IMG/VR virus record: IMGVR_UViG_3300005573_000061
Origin: an uncultured virus (IMG/VR IMGVR_UViG_3300005573_000061)
Lineage: Duplodnaviria; Heunggongvirae; Uroviricota; Caudoviricetes
DNA: 64,000 nucleotides
Direction: 5' to 3' (one strand)
The notes beneath the pieces were generated by a model. It was not told where the DNA came from. It made no database searches and saw only the letters and a program-made list of their open reading frames with translations. Positions 40,158 to 52,028 of the stretch are shown piece after piece. The position numbers were made by a program, and so were the translations under genes. How positions within the stretch are numbered: the first letter of the stretch is position 1; each line of letters begins with the position of its first letter.

Positions 40158-40166
40158 CTCACCACT

Positions 40167-41315
40167 ATGACCTACCTACACGATATTCTAAATCCCCAGC
40201 TTCTTGTTGATAAAATCATGCAGGGGTATATCTCTGTTCAAAAGGCTGATAATGGGCGTAAAATTTACAATTACACCCATAAATGTCAGTTTGATCAAGC
40301 GTGGAGTCACGAAACTATGGTGTGTCGTGGGCTCATTACGGATGAAAATGAAGTAATTATTGGCCGTCCATTCCCTAAGTTTATGAATTATGGGCAAACT
40401 CCTATCCCGAAGTATGCCCTGAATTCACCCCCTACGTTTGTTTCACTCAAGATGGATGGTAGCTTGGGTATTATCCATTGGGATCCGAAGAATCACTGGT
40501 GGGATATTGCTACCCGAGGATCATTTTATTCAGATCAAGCACAATGGGCTCGTGACTATATGCATCGTACCTATGGATTGGAATATCTGACCAATCCTGC
40601 CTCTTTTGGTGGATTGGGTACTACCACCCTAGTGGAGATTATTTATCCCGGGAACCGCATCGTAGTCGATTATGGTAAAGAGGAGAAGCTTGCCTATTTA
40701 GCTCTGATCGACAATCGCAGTGGCGAGGATCTGTTCCCCGCAAATTTTGGTTGGGACCCATCTGAGGTTTTCTATGTGCCCGAGAACTTCCGTATTGGGG
40801 AGGTTCAGGATGCCTACCTGTTGGCTACTTCGGAGGAATTCGAAGATCAAGAGGGTGTCGTCGCATGCTGGGTGCGTCCTGGCGAGACTTCTTTTCGGCT
40901 AAAATTCAAGCACCCTCGCTATCTGGAGCTTCATAAGTGCCTGACCGGTGTCACGACTAAAACCATCTGGCAGTATATGTCTACTGGTGATATGGAACAT
41001 CGAGATTTTGTCATCAATAATGTCCCAGATGAGATGTTCAGGTGGATGATGCGAGTGGAAGATGAATTAGAGCAGCAATCACGGCACATTTTACATCTGG
41101 TTGACCAAGATTTCACCAAGATTTGCCAGCAAATCGGGGAACCACAAAACACCCCTGAATATAAAAGAAAATTCGCTGAGTTGGCCCTAAATAAGCAAAA
41201 TTCTGGTATGATATTTGCATATCGGGATCAAAACCTTCCGAAGATGCAAAAAATGATTTGGGACCAGATCAAGCCGAAGGGAAATCAACCATTTAGGGTG
41301 GATGAGGATGTTTAA
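40167..41315 (+). CDS. T4 Rnl1-like RNA ligase
   Basis: CRGLI, RPFPKFMN, KMDGSLGI, ATRGSF.S.QA, EIIYP.NRIVVDY, EGVV, RLKFK. Confidence 0.92.
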   Translation: MTYLHDILNPQLLVDKIMQGYISVQKADNGRKIYNYTHKCQFDQAWSHETMVCRGLITDENEVIIGRPFPKFMNYGQTPIPKYALNSPPTFVSLKMDGSLGIIHWDPKNHWWDIATRGSFYSDQAQWARDYMHRTYGLEYLTNPASFGGLGTTTLVEIIYPGNRIVVDYGKEEKLAYLALIDNRSGEDLFPANFGWDPSEVFYVPENFRIGEVQDAYLLATSEEFEDQEGVVACWVRPGETSFRLKFKHPRYLELHKCLTGVTTKTIWQYMSTGDMEHRDFVINNVPDEMFRWMMRVEDELEQQSRHILHLVDQDFTKICQQIGEPQNTPEYKRKFAELALNKQNSGMIFAYRDQNLPKMQKMIWDQIKPKGNQPFRVDEDV

Positions 41316-41548
41316 ATCTTTATTGTGGCACTGGCGTAAAATTCGTTTTATGTCCAACGGTCATATTATATTAAAAAACGGAAAAGAGTACATACCGTAC
41401 ATTGAATATGTCAATGCACAACGCAAAGAGTCTTTCAATATTATTGATGAAATTGAATTGGTTTGTATGGAAAATATAGAAAATGTACCAAACTACATCA
41501 GAAGACTGCAAGAGGCTCTGGGGGCTAAGGAGGGTTTAGCCTTCCCCT

Positions 41549-42217
41549 GTGATGGGTAAGAATACTCCTATGACTATCTTTTTCACAAGTGACTTGCACT
41601 TCAACCACAAGGCTATGGTGCGAGATACCACTACCGGCGAACCAGGATGGCGCCCTTTTGACACCCTAGATGACCTGAATCGTACCATCATCGACCGCTG
41701 GAACAGTGTTGTCGAAGACAATGATATTGTTTATGTCCTGGGGGACGTGTGCATGGGCAAGAGAACTGATACACTCCCTCTCGTTAGGGAGCTAGCGGGT
41801 ACGAAATTTCTTATCCCTGGTAATCACGATAACTGCTGGGAGGGTCTTATCTACCCTCAAGCTATTCCCGAAGTCCAGGCAAAGCAGCGAGCAAAAGTGG
41901 ATGGCTGGAGAGAGAAGTATCTTGAGCTTGGCGGATTTGAGGATATTCTTCCCTCTCAGGTAAGAGTCACCCTTATTTCTCCTGCTGGTACCCACATGGA
42001 TTTTGATCTGTGCCATTTCCCGGCACTTGGCCCGAGAGAGGGTGATGATCGTTACCCATGGGCGTACCCACCGATTTCCGAGACTTACAATATTCATGGG
42101 CATACCCATGAGCCATATCGTTTGCATGATGGTAATCAAATTCACATTGGAGTAGATGCGTGGGATTTTACACCAGTCAGTACAGGCCAAATTTTCGACC
42201 TGATTTACGTTCCATAG
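41549..42217 (+). CDS. Metallophosphoesterase (calcineurin-like)
   Basis: TSDLHFNH, LGDV, PGNHD, HGHTH, IGVDAW. Confidence 0.9.
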   Translation: MMGKNTPMTIFFTSDLHFNHKAMVRDTTTGEPGWRPFDTLDDLNRTIIDRWNSVVEDNDIVYVLGDVCMGKRTDTLPLVRELAGTKFLIPGNHDNCWEGLIYPQAIPEVQAKQRAKVDGWREKYLELGGFEDILPSQVRVTLISPAGTHMDFDLCHFPALGPREGDDRYPWAYPPISETYNIHGHTHEPYRLHDGNQIHIGVDAWDFTPVSTGQIFDLIYVP

Positions 42218-42294
42218 GCCCCCATACCCCCAGAAACAACAATAAGCCCAAGATATGGAGAAACTTCAATTCAGGGTACCAATTCGATAAGATC

Positions 42295-44313
42295 ATGGAA
42301 GATTATCCGGACCTAGACGAGCCGTTGATGTTCGTATATGATGCAAATACCAATGAGCAAATCGGGATAGCCACCTCAGCCCAAATAGCAGCATCTTTTT
42401 CTTTAGATGATGGAATCATCTTAGAGAGAGGCAGAGAGATTTATGTGGATGAATAATCCAGTATGGGAGGATCCGAATTTCTGTTATGGTCATCAAGAGG
42501 TTCATGAGCCTATCGAAAATCCGTATCTAGTCTGTGGGGAGTGTCTACACCCCTTTGGGACCGAGAAGGATTTGGTGGATGCCTATGTAGATGGCCTGAA
42601 CGAGTATCTCATGGAAAACGAAGATCCTTTGGTAGCCTCTCAGGTCAATCCAGCGACTATACCTGGGTGTCCGGTCTGTCTTCATAGCTTTTAGAGGTCC
42701 AGATTCTTGCTGGAAATCGGGTATAGCTAGGTTTAGCTTCCCTCATTTTAGGAAATAATCCAGCCATGGAAACAGATATTATCGACCATCTATTGCGATT
42801 GAACGAAGCGTGGTATGCCTCACTCGACCCTGAAAACATCCCCCATGTTTATTTCCGCAAATATGCTATGACTCGACTCCGACTCCAGAATATGAAAGGC
42901 AAATGAGCATGTCGCTAAAGCCGGGTACGAAACTCGCCAACGGGGCGATCGTGGTCGCATTCAAGGTCGCTCCCACCGATCCCACTGATGGTGTGGTGCT
43001 GGCAATCTACAATTCAGAGTATGTCACCTGGAGGCTGGATCCTGAACGGCTCGACTCCACCTGGCTCGGTCATTATTTTCTTGACAATTTCTCTGCTGCC
43101 GCCGCCGATTTTGAGGCCCGATAATGGACCCGGATGCTTGCCTCAATGAAATTCGCCGCCTCGTAGATATTGCATTTTCAGAGGGTCTGGATTCCGCTCA
43201 GGAGGACGAACTGGTAGATAGAATCGCATCCTTGGATAGGTGGCTGAGCAGTGGCGGATTCTTGCCCAAAGATTGGAATTAGAAAACGAGCATAAAGTAT
43301 GGACCATGAGATGCAATTCCCTCCTCTCACACAAGAGCGTCTTGCAGAAATCATAGATCAAAACGAAGAAACAGCCAGCCAATTTCCGGGTGGTATCTCG
43401 TGGCAGATTATCTGGCTCGCTCGTGAGATCCAAGCATCATGGGAGGAGATAGATACCATTCGATGGGAGAATAATCTATAATTCGGTTTAGGATCTGGGG
43501 GCTGGGGTATAGTCTCTACATGAGCCGTACTGCCCGATGACTACCAGAATTTTGCACCAAGGGACCTGGATGTTTCGGTGGGTCTGCAAACGTCGAGGCC
43601 ATCACAATTGGATGGAGCCTTTGGATGATAATGATCATATGCGCATGTGTGCTACATGCTGGCATCAGGAGATCGAATGGACCTAGATGAATTTGATCGT
43701 AAGATCCAAAAATACGAGCAATACAATCGTGAGTTTGCCATCTTTACTCTGATCTGCGCAGCAGCGCTGATGGTAGTGTTCGTCGTCGGCATCATCTTTT
43801 TTTATGTTTAGGATCTGAGTCTCCGGGTATAGTCTCTATATGAGCGCACTACGGATCACCACCTCGGATCGTCAGCTTGCCCTGGAAATGATCTACGATG
43901 ATCTGTCCAATATGGAGTTTTCGGCTGTATTAGATGGCGGATCGGCTGCCGTGGTCATGATCGATCCTAGCGGAAACCGTTTTTCGGGGCATGTCGATGC
44001 CGATGGTGTATGGCTGGACGATGATGGCTACATCTCTAATTTCAAGGGCTGGACCATGGATCGGCATTACTGATGATCCACTGTTTCTTTGCAATTCCAA
44101 AGGAGATTTAGGATGCATATCGATATTGGTCCTCAATTCGATTTTGAGCCTGAGTATTCTGTTAGAGATATGGAAGATATGTGGATTCCTCATATCTCAT
44201 TTGATGGATCAAATGTTTGGACAGGGGACAGTAGTTACGCTGATTATGAAGATGCCCTAAAGGCAGCATGCCAACATTTGATCCACATGATGCGAAAGAT
44301 GCTGAGAGAATAA
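42295..44313 (+). other. Cluster of small hypothetical genes with two near-identical leaderless promoters
   Basis: ORFs 42443..42694, 42903..43124, 43299..43481, 43840..44073, ~44112..44313; GTTTAGGATCTG...GGGTATAGTCTCTA-Y-ATGAGC at 43486 and 43806. Confidence 0.6.
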
Positions 44314-44324
44314 AACGGACAATT

Positions 44325-45389
44325 ATGGCAATCCACTGTTTCATTCCCGCCCATAATGAGCAAAGCCAAATTGCGGACTCCATCGCATCTTTGCAAACCC
44401 AAAGCCTGAAACCAGATTTTATTACTGTGATTGCCGACAATTGTAGTGATAATACTGTCGAGATTTCCCAAGATGGGGGAGCCGAGGTATTTGTCAGCGT
44501 AGACAATGACGCCAAAAAAGCTGGGGCACTCAATCAGGTTTTGGATCAGGTCCTTCCCGATTTGGATGATGAAGATATTATCTTGATCATGGATGCCGAT
44601 ACCGTTTTAGGTCCGGCTTTTGTAAAAACCGCTGTGGACACTTTTGCCGCCAATTCTAGCGCTGGGGTATGTTCGGCCACTTTCTTTGCTCGGCCGCCTC
44701 AGGGGATTTTAGAGCTATGTCAGGCGAACGAATACGCCCGGTATGCTCGTAGCCTGGCAAGGAGAGGGTATCGTCCTTATGTGGCGTCCGGTACAGCATC
44801 AGCTTTTCGGGCGAAAGCTCTCAAGCAGGTAAAGTCTGAGCGTGGCGCAAAACTGCCCTACCATGGTGGAGGGGTCTATGACACCCATTCTTTGACCGAG
44901 GACAATGAAATCACTTTGGCTCTTTTATGTTTGGGTTGGGAGTTGACCTCGGTGCGAACAGCCGATGCTAGCTCGACTACCGATGTGATGCCGACCGCTA
45001 AAATGCTTTATCGTCAGCGTTTGCGTTGGTATTTGGGGGCGATCGTCAATTTGTTTTCCTATGGCACAAAGCTGCCTCGTAAATATCGCTATGTCTATTG
45101 GGGTCAGCAGATCGGGCTGTTCGCATCTTTGCTCGGCACCATCCTTTATCTGACCTATCTGATCTGGTCTGTGCTGATCGGTGCCTCTTTGACTCTGGAT
45201 TCTCCTTGGTCGGCTGTGTTGGGTATTACCCTGGTAGAGCGTACCGTGAGTGTGTGGCGATTTTCCAATTGGAAGGGCCGCCTGTTGGCTTTGACAATTC
45301 TCCCCGAGATGGTTTACGCCTTGGGTCTTTTGGGTATCTATGGGGTAGCAGTATCTAAATATCCGTTCAACAAGAAAGGTAGTTGGTAA
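44325..45389 (+). CDS. Family 2 processive-type glycosyltransferase, membrane-bound
   Basis: IPAHNE, DNC.D, KAGALN, MDADT, TED, QRLRW, C-terminal TM helices. Confidence 0.9.
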   Translation: MAIHCFIPAHNEQSQIADSIASLQTQSLKPDFITVIADNCSDNTVEISQDGGAEVFVSVDNDAKKAGALNQVLDQVLPDLDDEDIILIMDADTVLGPAFVKTAVDTFAANSSAGVCSATFFARPPQGILELCQANEYARYARSLARRGYRPYVASGTASAFRAKALKQVKSERGAKLPYHGGGVYDTHSLTEDNEITLALLCLGWELTSVRTADASSTTDVMPTAKMLYRQRLRWYLGAIVNLFSYGTKLPRKYRYVYWGQQIGLFASLLGTILYLTYLIWSVLIGASLTLDSPWSAVLGITLVERTVSVWRFSNWKGRLLALTILPEMVYALGLLGIYGVAVSKYPFNKKGSW

Positions 45390-45528
45390 GCATGTATCAT
45401 CCTAAGCCGGTGGTGGGGACTCTCGCTTTTACCGGAGCCGCCGTGTACGTTACGCTCGGCGCTGCTGTGGCTGCCATTGTCGTCGGCACCATGATTCTGG
45501 CAGTGTTGGGTATTTTGCCGAGGCTGCA

Positions 45529-45605
45529 TCGTAAGTAAATAAAGTAAAGTCGTAAGTAACCAGTCAATAGAGATTGGTCGTAAGTAAATAGTACATAGAG
45601 ATTGG
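45529..45605. repeat. Short direct repeats
   Basis: TCGTAAGTAA x3 and ATAGAGATTGG x2. Confidence 0.7.
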
Positions 45606-46045
45606 CTGGTTCGGCACTAGCACTAGATAAGAACTCCATTGGGGCGGAAAAGCGGCCGAAATCTGAGTAGGTGTTCGCCCGAGAGTGCTAAGACCCGGAG
45701 ATCCGATTAAATTATTGGGCGCACGCAAGGCCCATAAGCCAGCCTCTATGTAAAAAAGAGATCGAATGAGCATAGATGAGGAAGGACTGTCGTGGCGATT
45801 TTTGTTTAAAAGATCCGAAGAGGAATGACAGGCTATGTCCTTCCGGAGCCAACTCGTAGTCATGCGGGAGAGGATACCGCCAAAGCCAACAAACACAACG
45901 AGCACGAGTATCGGTGGTGTTTCTTGGGTATAGATGCCATTATCGCCAAGCAACGCAAGACGAAAAAAGACAGTGGCCTGATTGGCGCACAGCCGATCTA
46001 TCCAAAGCTATAGAGCATGTAAAAGGTATTCACGACTGAAAGAGA

Positions 46046-46075
46046 AAGACCCCCAAAAGGGGATCTTTTTTTTAC
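46046..46075 (+). terminator. Terminator at the convergent strand switch
   Basis: AAGACCCCC-AAAA-GGGGATCTT followed by a T run. Confidence 0.7.
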
Positions 46076-46162
46076 TCATTCATAGGATCATTTTTAATGG
46101 ACGCTAGGGACTATCAGTGCGTACCACGAGTAGATTATCCGATGAGCACCCGGGGCTAGCGC

Positions 46163-49100
46163 CTATTGACCTGGAATTATCCTGTGCAAAATTTTGCAGA
46201 TCACTCGCTCTTTTTCTTCAGGTGTCAAAACATCTGACTGAACAATAATCAACAAAAGATTAAAATCCCGGTGATGTTGGGATATCTCTGACTTCAAATC
46301 TGCGATTGTTTGTTCAGCGTTTAAAAGCTCTCTGACCAGTCCGTCTCGCTTATCTGAATCTCTCGTCCAATATTCATTGACAGGCATCTACCACCACCCG
46401 CTTACGACATATCTTTTTGTTTTCGACACGCTTCTTAGATGGGATGGTCGCTGCCCTCAGAGGCGTGTAGGGATTGAGCAAGCGGGCGCTCAGTTGTGCA
46501 ATCTGGTTTTTCTTCACCCGCTTTTGCTTGCTCATATCCCTACTATACCCTTTTTGACTATATTCATGCTACACCATATTTTGATTATACCCTACTGCTT
46601 CGGATGCCGCTGCTTGTATTCCCGCAAAAGAGTCTTGTTGATCTGGCGAATCGGGGGATGATCGAAGTTGACGATAAAATCTCCGGTTTGGTTATCCCAG
46701 CGGGGCCAACACACATGCTGCGCACCGCCAAACGAGTAGCTACGAGTAGCTTTGTATTGCACAAATTCACCCTCAAGCTCGAAACGGCGAGCATAAAGAG
46801 GATCATTTTCGGTGGCAAAAGGGTGATAGTCCCTAGTCAGATATTGCATGAATGCGCCATTGTGATAGCTGGGAAATTCAGATTCCAAAGCGTTTCTTTT
46901 CATTTTGCGTTGCCAGGGGATCAAAGCAAACATGGCAATAATATATACAATCACCACAAACCCCAAAAAGCCGATCATTTTTTTTACTTCCTCCTATAGT
47001 GGTAATGGTAGTAATAAACCATCAAAGTCCAGCTAGCGACCACACCCAAAGACAATCCCACCCACACCCTGATCACATTTAGCACCAAAAGTGGGATAGT
47101 ATTAGTATTGGCGACCAAAGCGTTGATGCCCCCGAAAACCCCGAAATACCCCGATACGATCCAAATGACTACCAAACCGAGCACCGGTAGCTTTTCAGCG
47201 CTACTCATGGTCATTACCAGCCGCTCTTTTTTGCGCAAACCGGGCCGATTCCGGCAGCCCGAGGTTCCCCGGCACCTTGGGGCCAAGCTCGTAGATGCGA
47301 GTGAGGGCAACGGGTCGGGATCAGGGATGCCCATTTTTATAAAATGAGGCAAATAGGACAAATGGTGCCCCCTCCACCAGTCTCCCTATACCCTCTCATC
47401 CCAAACCTGAAACTTGCCATTACTCTTCTATCTTATGTGTCAAACGATCTGATGGATTCAAAAACGGGACCTGCTCGGATTCACAACACAGTTTGCACCA
47501 TGACCAGGGATACGCATTGTCATGCGGAATGGGGCTTTTACAGCATTCACATACTTCCATAATTTGATACTCCAATTCCGCATTTGCGGTTTTGTAGTTG
47601 TATTTCCATGGGGGCCGACACCCTGCGGCAAAAAACGGGGGAAAAACCTCGCATTTGCGGTTTTAGCTATCCCCCAGAAATCGGGTCAAAAGACTGAATA
47701 TGAAAGAGATCAAAAGACAATTCAGATCAAAACCTTTAACACTGATCTATAAACGTCCTTACGGTCCTGCTCATGTTCCTTGAGCATATTCCATGCAGGA
47801 GAATACGAACGCTCCTCTAAATTCGTATTAGGCTTTGAAAATGGGATTGGGATATTGGGACACTTTCCAGTGTTTTTACAAGCTCCTGTGCAATTACACG
47901 CACCAATGCCGGGAGAATAAACGCTCTCACGTTCCTGCTCATCACTATCATTGCTCTTCGATTTATCAATACGCTTTGATTCGTATTCGGCCAAAGCCAA
48001 AGTCTTGAGCATATCGCCAATCTCATCCAAAACATTCTCCAAAGCAATCCAAACAAAATCGTTCGCACATTCGTCATCACCATCAAAAAAGGTTTGAAAA
48101 GCTTTCAAATTGTCTCGAATATCAAGCAAACGTTCTATTTTCGACATTTCCGCTCCTCTATTTTCAATATTCTTGGCAAGTTTATCAAGGGTTCTTAACT
48201 TTTTATTTCATGACTAGGGTTTGATTGCTACTACTGACTATTGTTGAATTACTACTACTACTTAGTTTGAGGGATCTCATCCGCCCCCAATTTTGGATAT
48301 TTGCCGTCATCGAATTCCTTGACGAATCGACTGACCGATAGAGGGAGAATAATATCGTATCTATCATACCTATGCCGATTTGCATCGAATGGGGGTCCCA
48401 CCACGGTCAACCAAACGTGACCCACTCTTATTTGGGCAACAGGCTTTAGATAATTAGCTACAGGGCAATAATTGGATGAGCCTCGCATCCCCCCGATATT
48501 CTGGGCCTCAAAATATTGAGCAATACCATCCGAAATATTTGTGGGATTCAACTCAAATCCTATGGCAGATAGGTAATCTAATTCGGCCTCAACTCTATGG
48601 ACGAGTCTAGATCGTTTGGTGAGTCCCATTTTGTCCGCCAATTTTTTGATCATAATTTTGATCATAAGTGTGAGCCTTTTTTTATCTTAGTAAAAAAAAT
48701 GTTCTCCGTAATGCGATTACCATAAGTACAATCCACACCAACAAAAGCAATACTGACACCAACTTTGGGACTCCTTTTTACCCCCTCTATTTTAGCATAT
48801 TTTTGCTTTACTTCCACCAGGCACATCCATACCCATTCTTGCGCCACGCACCACGCACATATCTCTCCCCGGTCCTCTTACGCTCAAATATTTTTGGTAC
48901 CAAATTTCCTTCAGGTGTCTTTTCAACAAACACCATAAAACGTTGGGGACGCCCAAAAGACTCAAAAGTATCTGAAACTGATACTTTCTCATTACTCATG
49001 ACACCCACATTATCATCGACAGAAGTCTCATTCATTTTTTTTGTTTCCTCTCAATTTATCTGCCAAAATTTTAATTTCTTGTGGAGTAAGCACACTCAAG

Positions 49101-49642
49101 CCATTAAGCTCCAATAGATCAGCAGCCGCATACAATACCTGTGTATGAAGGCTCAATTGACGATCAGGCATCAATGGATCACCATAAAGATTCATCGCAT
49201 ACAAAGCATCTATTAATTCTTTATAGCCAACAGGTAGCGGATTTACAAAGCCCATAATCCCATCGCCAAAATTGGTCCCACAAAAATTCCTAAACCTACA
49301 TAAAGCAAAACAGAAAAAGGCAAAACCGAACCTAAAATCAAAAGCCCAGCACCGATCAAAGAAACAATGAGGTTTATTTCCTCAAGTGTGACCAATTTCT
49401 CTTTCTCTTTCTCAAGTGTGTAGTCATGACTATGACCATCATCATAATCATCATAATTAGTAGGCATAAGGATCACTCAAATAAGGAGAATCTAACGGTT
49501 TTGGCTCTAGCCAACATACTCTAAAACGCAAATCATCTAACTTTACTATACTGATTCCCACAGCATCATCGGGAATAGTCACACTACGAGCGTGCTCAGT
49601 CCCCGATAAATATATCGGTGAACTATTAGTGACATATTTCAT
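46163..49642 (-). other. Cluster of small minus-strand hypothetical/membrane genes
   Basis: ORFs 46163..46387, 46592..46978, 46984..~47214, 47722..48147, 48258..48665, 48808..49035, 49028..49255, 49243..~49467, 49457..49642. Confidence 0.55.
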
Positions 49643-50826
49643 AGATACATTCCTGTCCCCACAGCCTGATTGGCCGCAGTATTTATCTGAGACTGTGATT
49701 GTAGCTCATAAAGCTCAGCCAACGTGTATTCCCTAGATCCTACTAGGTGAGGAATTTCATGATACTCAGCCCACCTTTTGGCCTCTTGGGCAGAAAGCTT
49801 TTGGAAATCAATATTAGCCAAACATCTCCCAGGGCGCACCACTGCTGAGTGTAAATTCGTTACAGGCTCGTTAGTGGTGATGATGAACAAATTCTTTAAA
49901 CCTTGCCCTAAAATGCCATCAGTCAAATTGAGCAGCAATGAAAGCCCCTGACCTGACCTGCTTTTGGCATCCTTGGCAATAAATTCATCAGAATCTTCAA
50001 TAACATAAACATTCCAATTAGCAGAGTCGCTCTCATCATCTTCCATCAAAATATCCTCACCCATATCACCCATAATTACTTGAGTCATATATTCTGCGTC
50101 TTGGAAAAATTGCTGAGGATCAATGATGTAATTAAAATCCGTCCATGACTTCCACACTGAAGAAAGTGTACGAATAGCATGACTCTTTCCGGTGCCCGGC
50201 TCACCATAAAGCAACAATAGCTTGCCGCCCTCATAATTATTATCTAACTGAAGATCATATAGATCATCTAGCTTTTGAGCCACACTATTTGCGTAATTAT
50301 TTACCAACTTTTCCCGAGGAACCGTGACTACACGCTTATTTCGTGATACGGGGCCGTTTGACCCCAAGAAATGAAACTTATACATTACAGTATTATCCGG
50401 TACTGGCTGAGAAGGAGGGATCAATTCTTTGATATTTATATACGTAGCCTCAGCCAATTGAGGCGTGGTAGCAGCTATATGAAGATTAACCTCAGGTGGA
50501 TTGCCATCCACAAATGAAATATTAAGTTTAACCACCACATCAATCTCACGACCTGATTGATGGCTATAAAGAACAGCATCTCCACGACCCGGATTAATAT
50601 AAGAAAGACTTACGCTAGATCCTAACAAAATATAACCATTCTGAGTGAGTATCTCTATCACTTGGTCAAACACCAAATCGGTCAAAATCTGTGACCCGCT
50701 GAAAACCAAGTGATTAAGATTCATTTCCATTGCTAACTGATTGAACATAACCACCATATCGAATGTACGATAGGCAATACTACCTGTTGGTAATGTGTAA
50801 TCTACGGACAAATCAAACATCTCCAA
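49639..50826 (-). CDS. AAA-family ATPase
   Basis: GEPGTGKS, VIEDSD, LLNLTDG, ITTN, RPGR. Confidence 0.9.
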   Translation of the reverse strand: MEMFDLSVDYTLPTGSIAYRTFDMVVMFNQLAMEMNLNHLVFSGSQILTDLVFDQVIEILTQNGYILLGSSVSLSYINPGRGDAVLYSHQSGREIDVVVKLNISFVDGNPPEVNLHIAATTPQLAEATYINIKELIPPSQPVPDNTVMYKFHFLGSNGPVSRNKRVVTVPREKLVNNYANSVAQKLDDLYDLQLDNNYEGGKLLLLYGEPGTGKSHAIRTLSSVWKSWTDFNYIIDPQQFFQDAEYMTQVIMGDMGEDILMEDDESDSANWNVYVIEDSDEFIAKDAKSRSGQGLSLLLNLTDGILGQGLKNLFIITTNEPVTNLHSAVVRPGRCLANIDFQKLSAQEAKRWAEYHEIPHLVGSREYTLAELYELQSQSQINTAANQAVGTGMYL

Positions 50827-51526
50827 ATCTAATAGCTAGAAGCAAATCATTAGCAGTTTTTTCATCGGGCTTAGAAGGAAGAATAGAATAAGCATTACGA
50901 AAATGCATTTCAGCTTCCTTAAAATTATCAATAAATTTATTTATATTTGTGGCAGCAAGCTCTCCTGCCTCTTTGCATACTGCTGCGTTATGAGGGGTCA
51001 ATCTGACTTGTAACTTACCCGTTTCCAGCAAATCTAAACCCTGCATCAATAACCTAAATGTATGACGCCCATGCTTAGCAGTACGATTCTTTGTTGATGA
51101 GCTAAAAGTGCCATCGTTGCGAGTAATAAGACGATCCACTTGCTGACGTGCATAACCCCCATATGCATCACGCACATATTTAGTGGAAAGAAAAATCTTA
51201 CGATGCTCAAGTAACAAATTACCAGCGGGACTGGTGGCGCTATATTCATTCATCCACAAAAGCTCAGTGACAGTAGGATTACATTTGAGAGCTAATCTTA
51301 TAAACTTAGCGACCTCATGATATGTAGCATCCCCAGGCTCATGGGTAACATAACTCTCTTTATTCTGAGTCCAATGAAGCCCCAGCAAATCACTATTGGA
51401 CGCTTTGAAAATGCCAAATCGGTCAATATCTGAATCCTTATGATCCAATCCATAAGCTCTACTACCCACAACTGCCTCAAGTAAGATATCCAAATGGGTA
51501 GGCTCACGCACTACGAGATCGATCAT
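50813..51526 (-). CDS. DNA-pol-beta superfamily nucleotidyltransferase (YcgL/RlaP-like)
   Basis: GSRAYGL..SDIDRFG, NPTVTELL, H..RL. Confidence 0.88.
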   Translation of the reverse strand: MIDLVVREPTHLDILLEAVVGSRAYGLDHKDSDIDRFGIFKASNSDLLGLHWTQNKESYVTHEPGDATYHEVAKFIRLALKCNPTVTELLWMNEYSATSPAGNLLLEHRKIFLSTKYVRDAYGGYARQQVDRLITRNDGTFSSSTKNRTAKHGRHTFRLLMQGLDLLETGKLQVRLTPHNAAVCKEAGELAATNINKFIDNFKEAEMHFRNAYSILPSKPDEKTANDLLLAIRFGDV

Positions 51527-51996
51527 TGACTAATCCTATCTAAATAGAGAATTCCATTGAGATGATCATACTCATGCTGAAAACACCGAGCTAAATATCC
51601 AGTACCAGTCAAATTTACAAGACGCCCATATACAGTCTTACCGCTCAATCGCACTCTAGCTGGACGCTGAAGCGAATGCTGTGTATTCGGTACAGATAAA
51701 CAGCCTTCTACGTCTGCATTTATATGCGTGCCCACAATGGTCAATTCTGGATTTATAACATGGCCCTTATTACGTGGCAACTTAGGGCTCATGGGATTAG
51801 GAACGTCCCATACAAATAAGCGAATTCCCTCACCAATCTGTGGAGCCGCTAAACCCACACCATCATTTGCATACATAGTGTCAAACATATCAGCAATAAG
51901 ATCCGATAGGTCCGAATAAAGCATATTATCCAAATCTACATCTCGTGCTGTTTCATGCAGCACTGTAGCCTCTTGTGCGACTAACTCTCGTATCAT
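51523..51996 (-). CDS. def: Peptide deformylase
   Basis: GVGLAAPQIG, EGCLS, QHEYDHLNG. Confidence 0.97.
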   Translation of the reverse strand: MIRELVAQEATVLHETARDVDLDNMLYSDLSDLIADMFDTMYANDGVGLAAPQIGEGIRLFVWDVPNPMSPKLPRNKGHVINPELTIVGTHINADVEGCLSVPNTQHSLQRPARVRLSGKTVYGRLVNLTGTGYLARCFQHEYDHLNGILYLDRISQ

Positions 51997-52028
51997 TGTG
52001 GTGATCCTTACCCTAAAAGCAGTGAGGT

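Noticed and set aside
45529..45605. Possible CRISPR mini-array
   Set aside because: Repeats are only 10-11 bp with irregular spacing, and there are no cas genes
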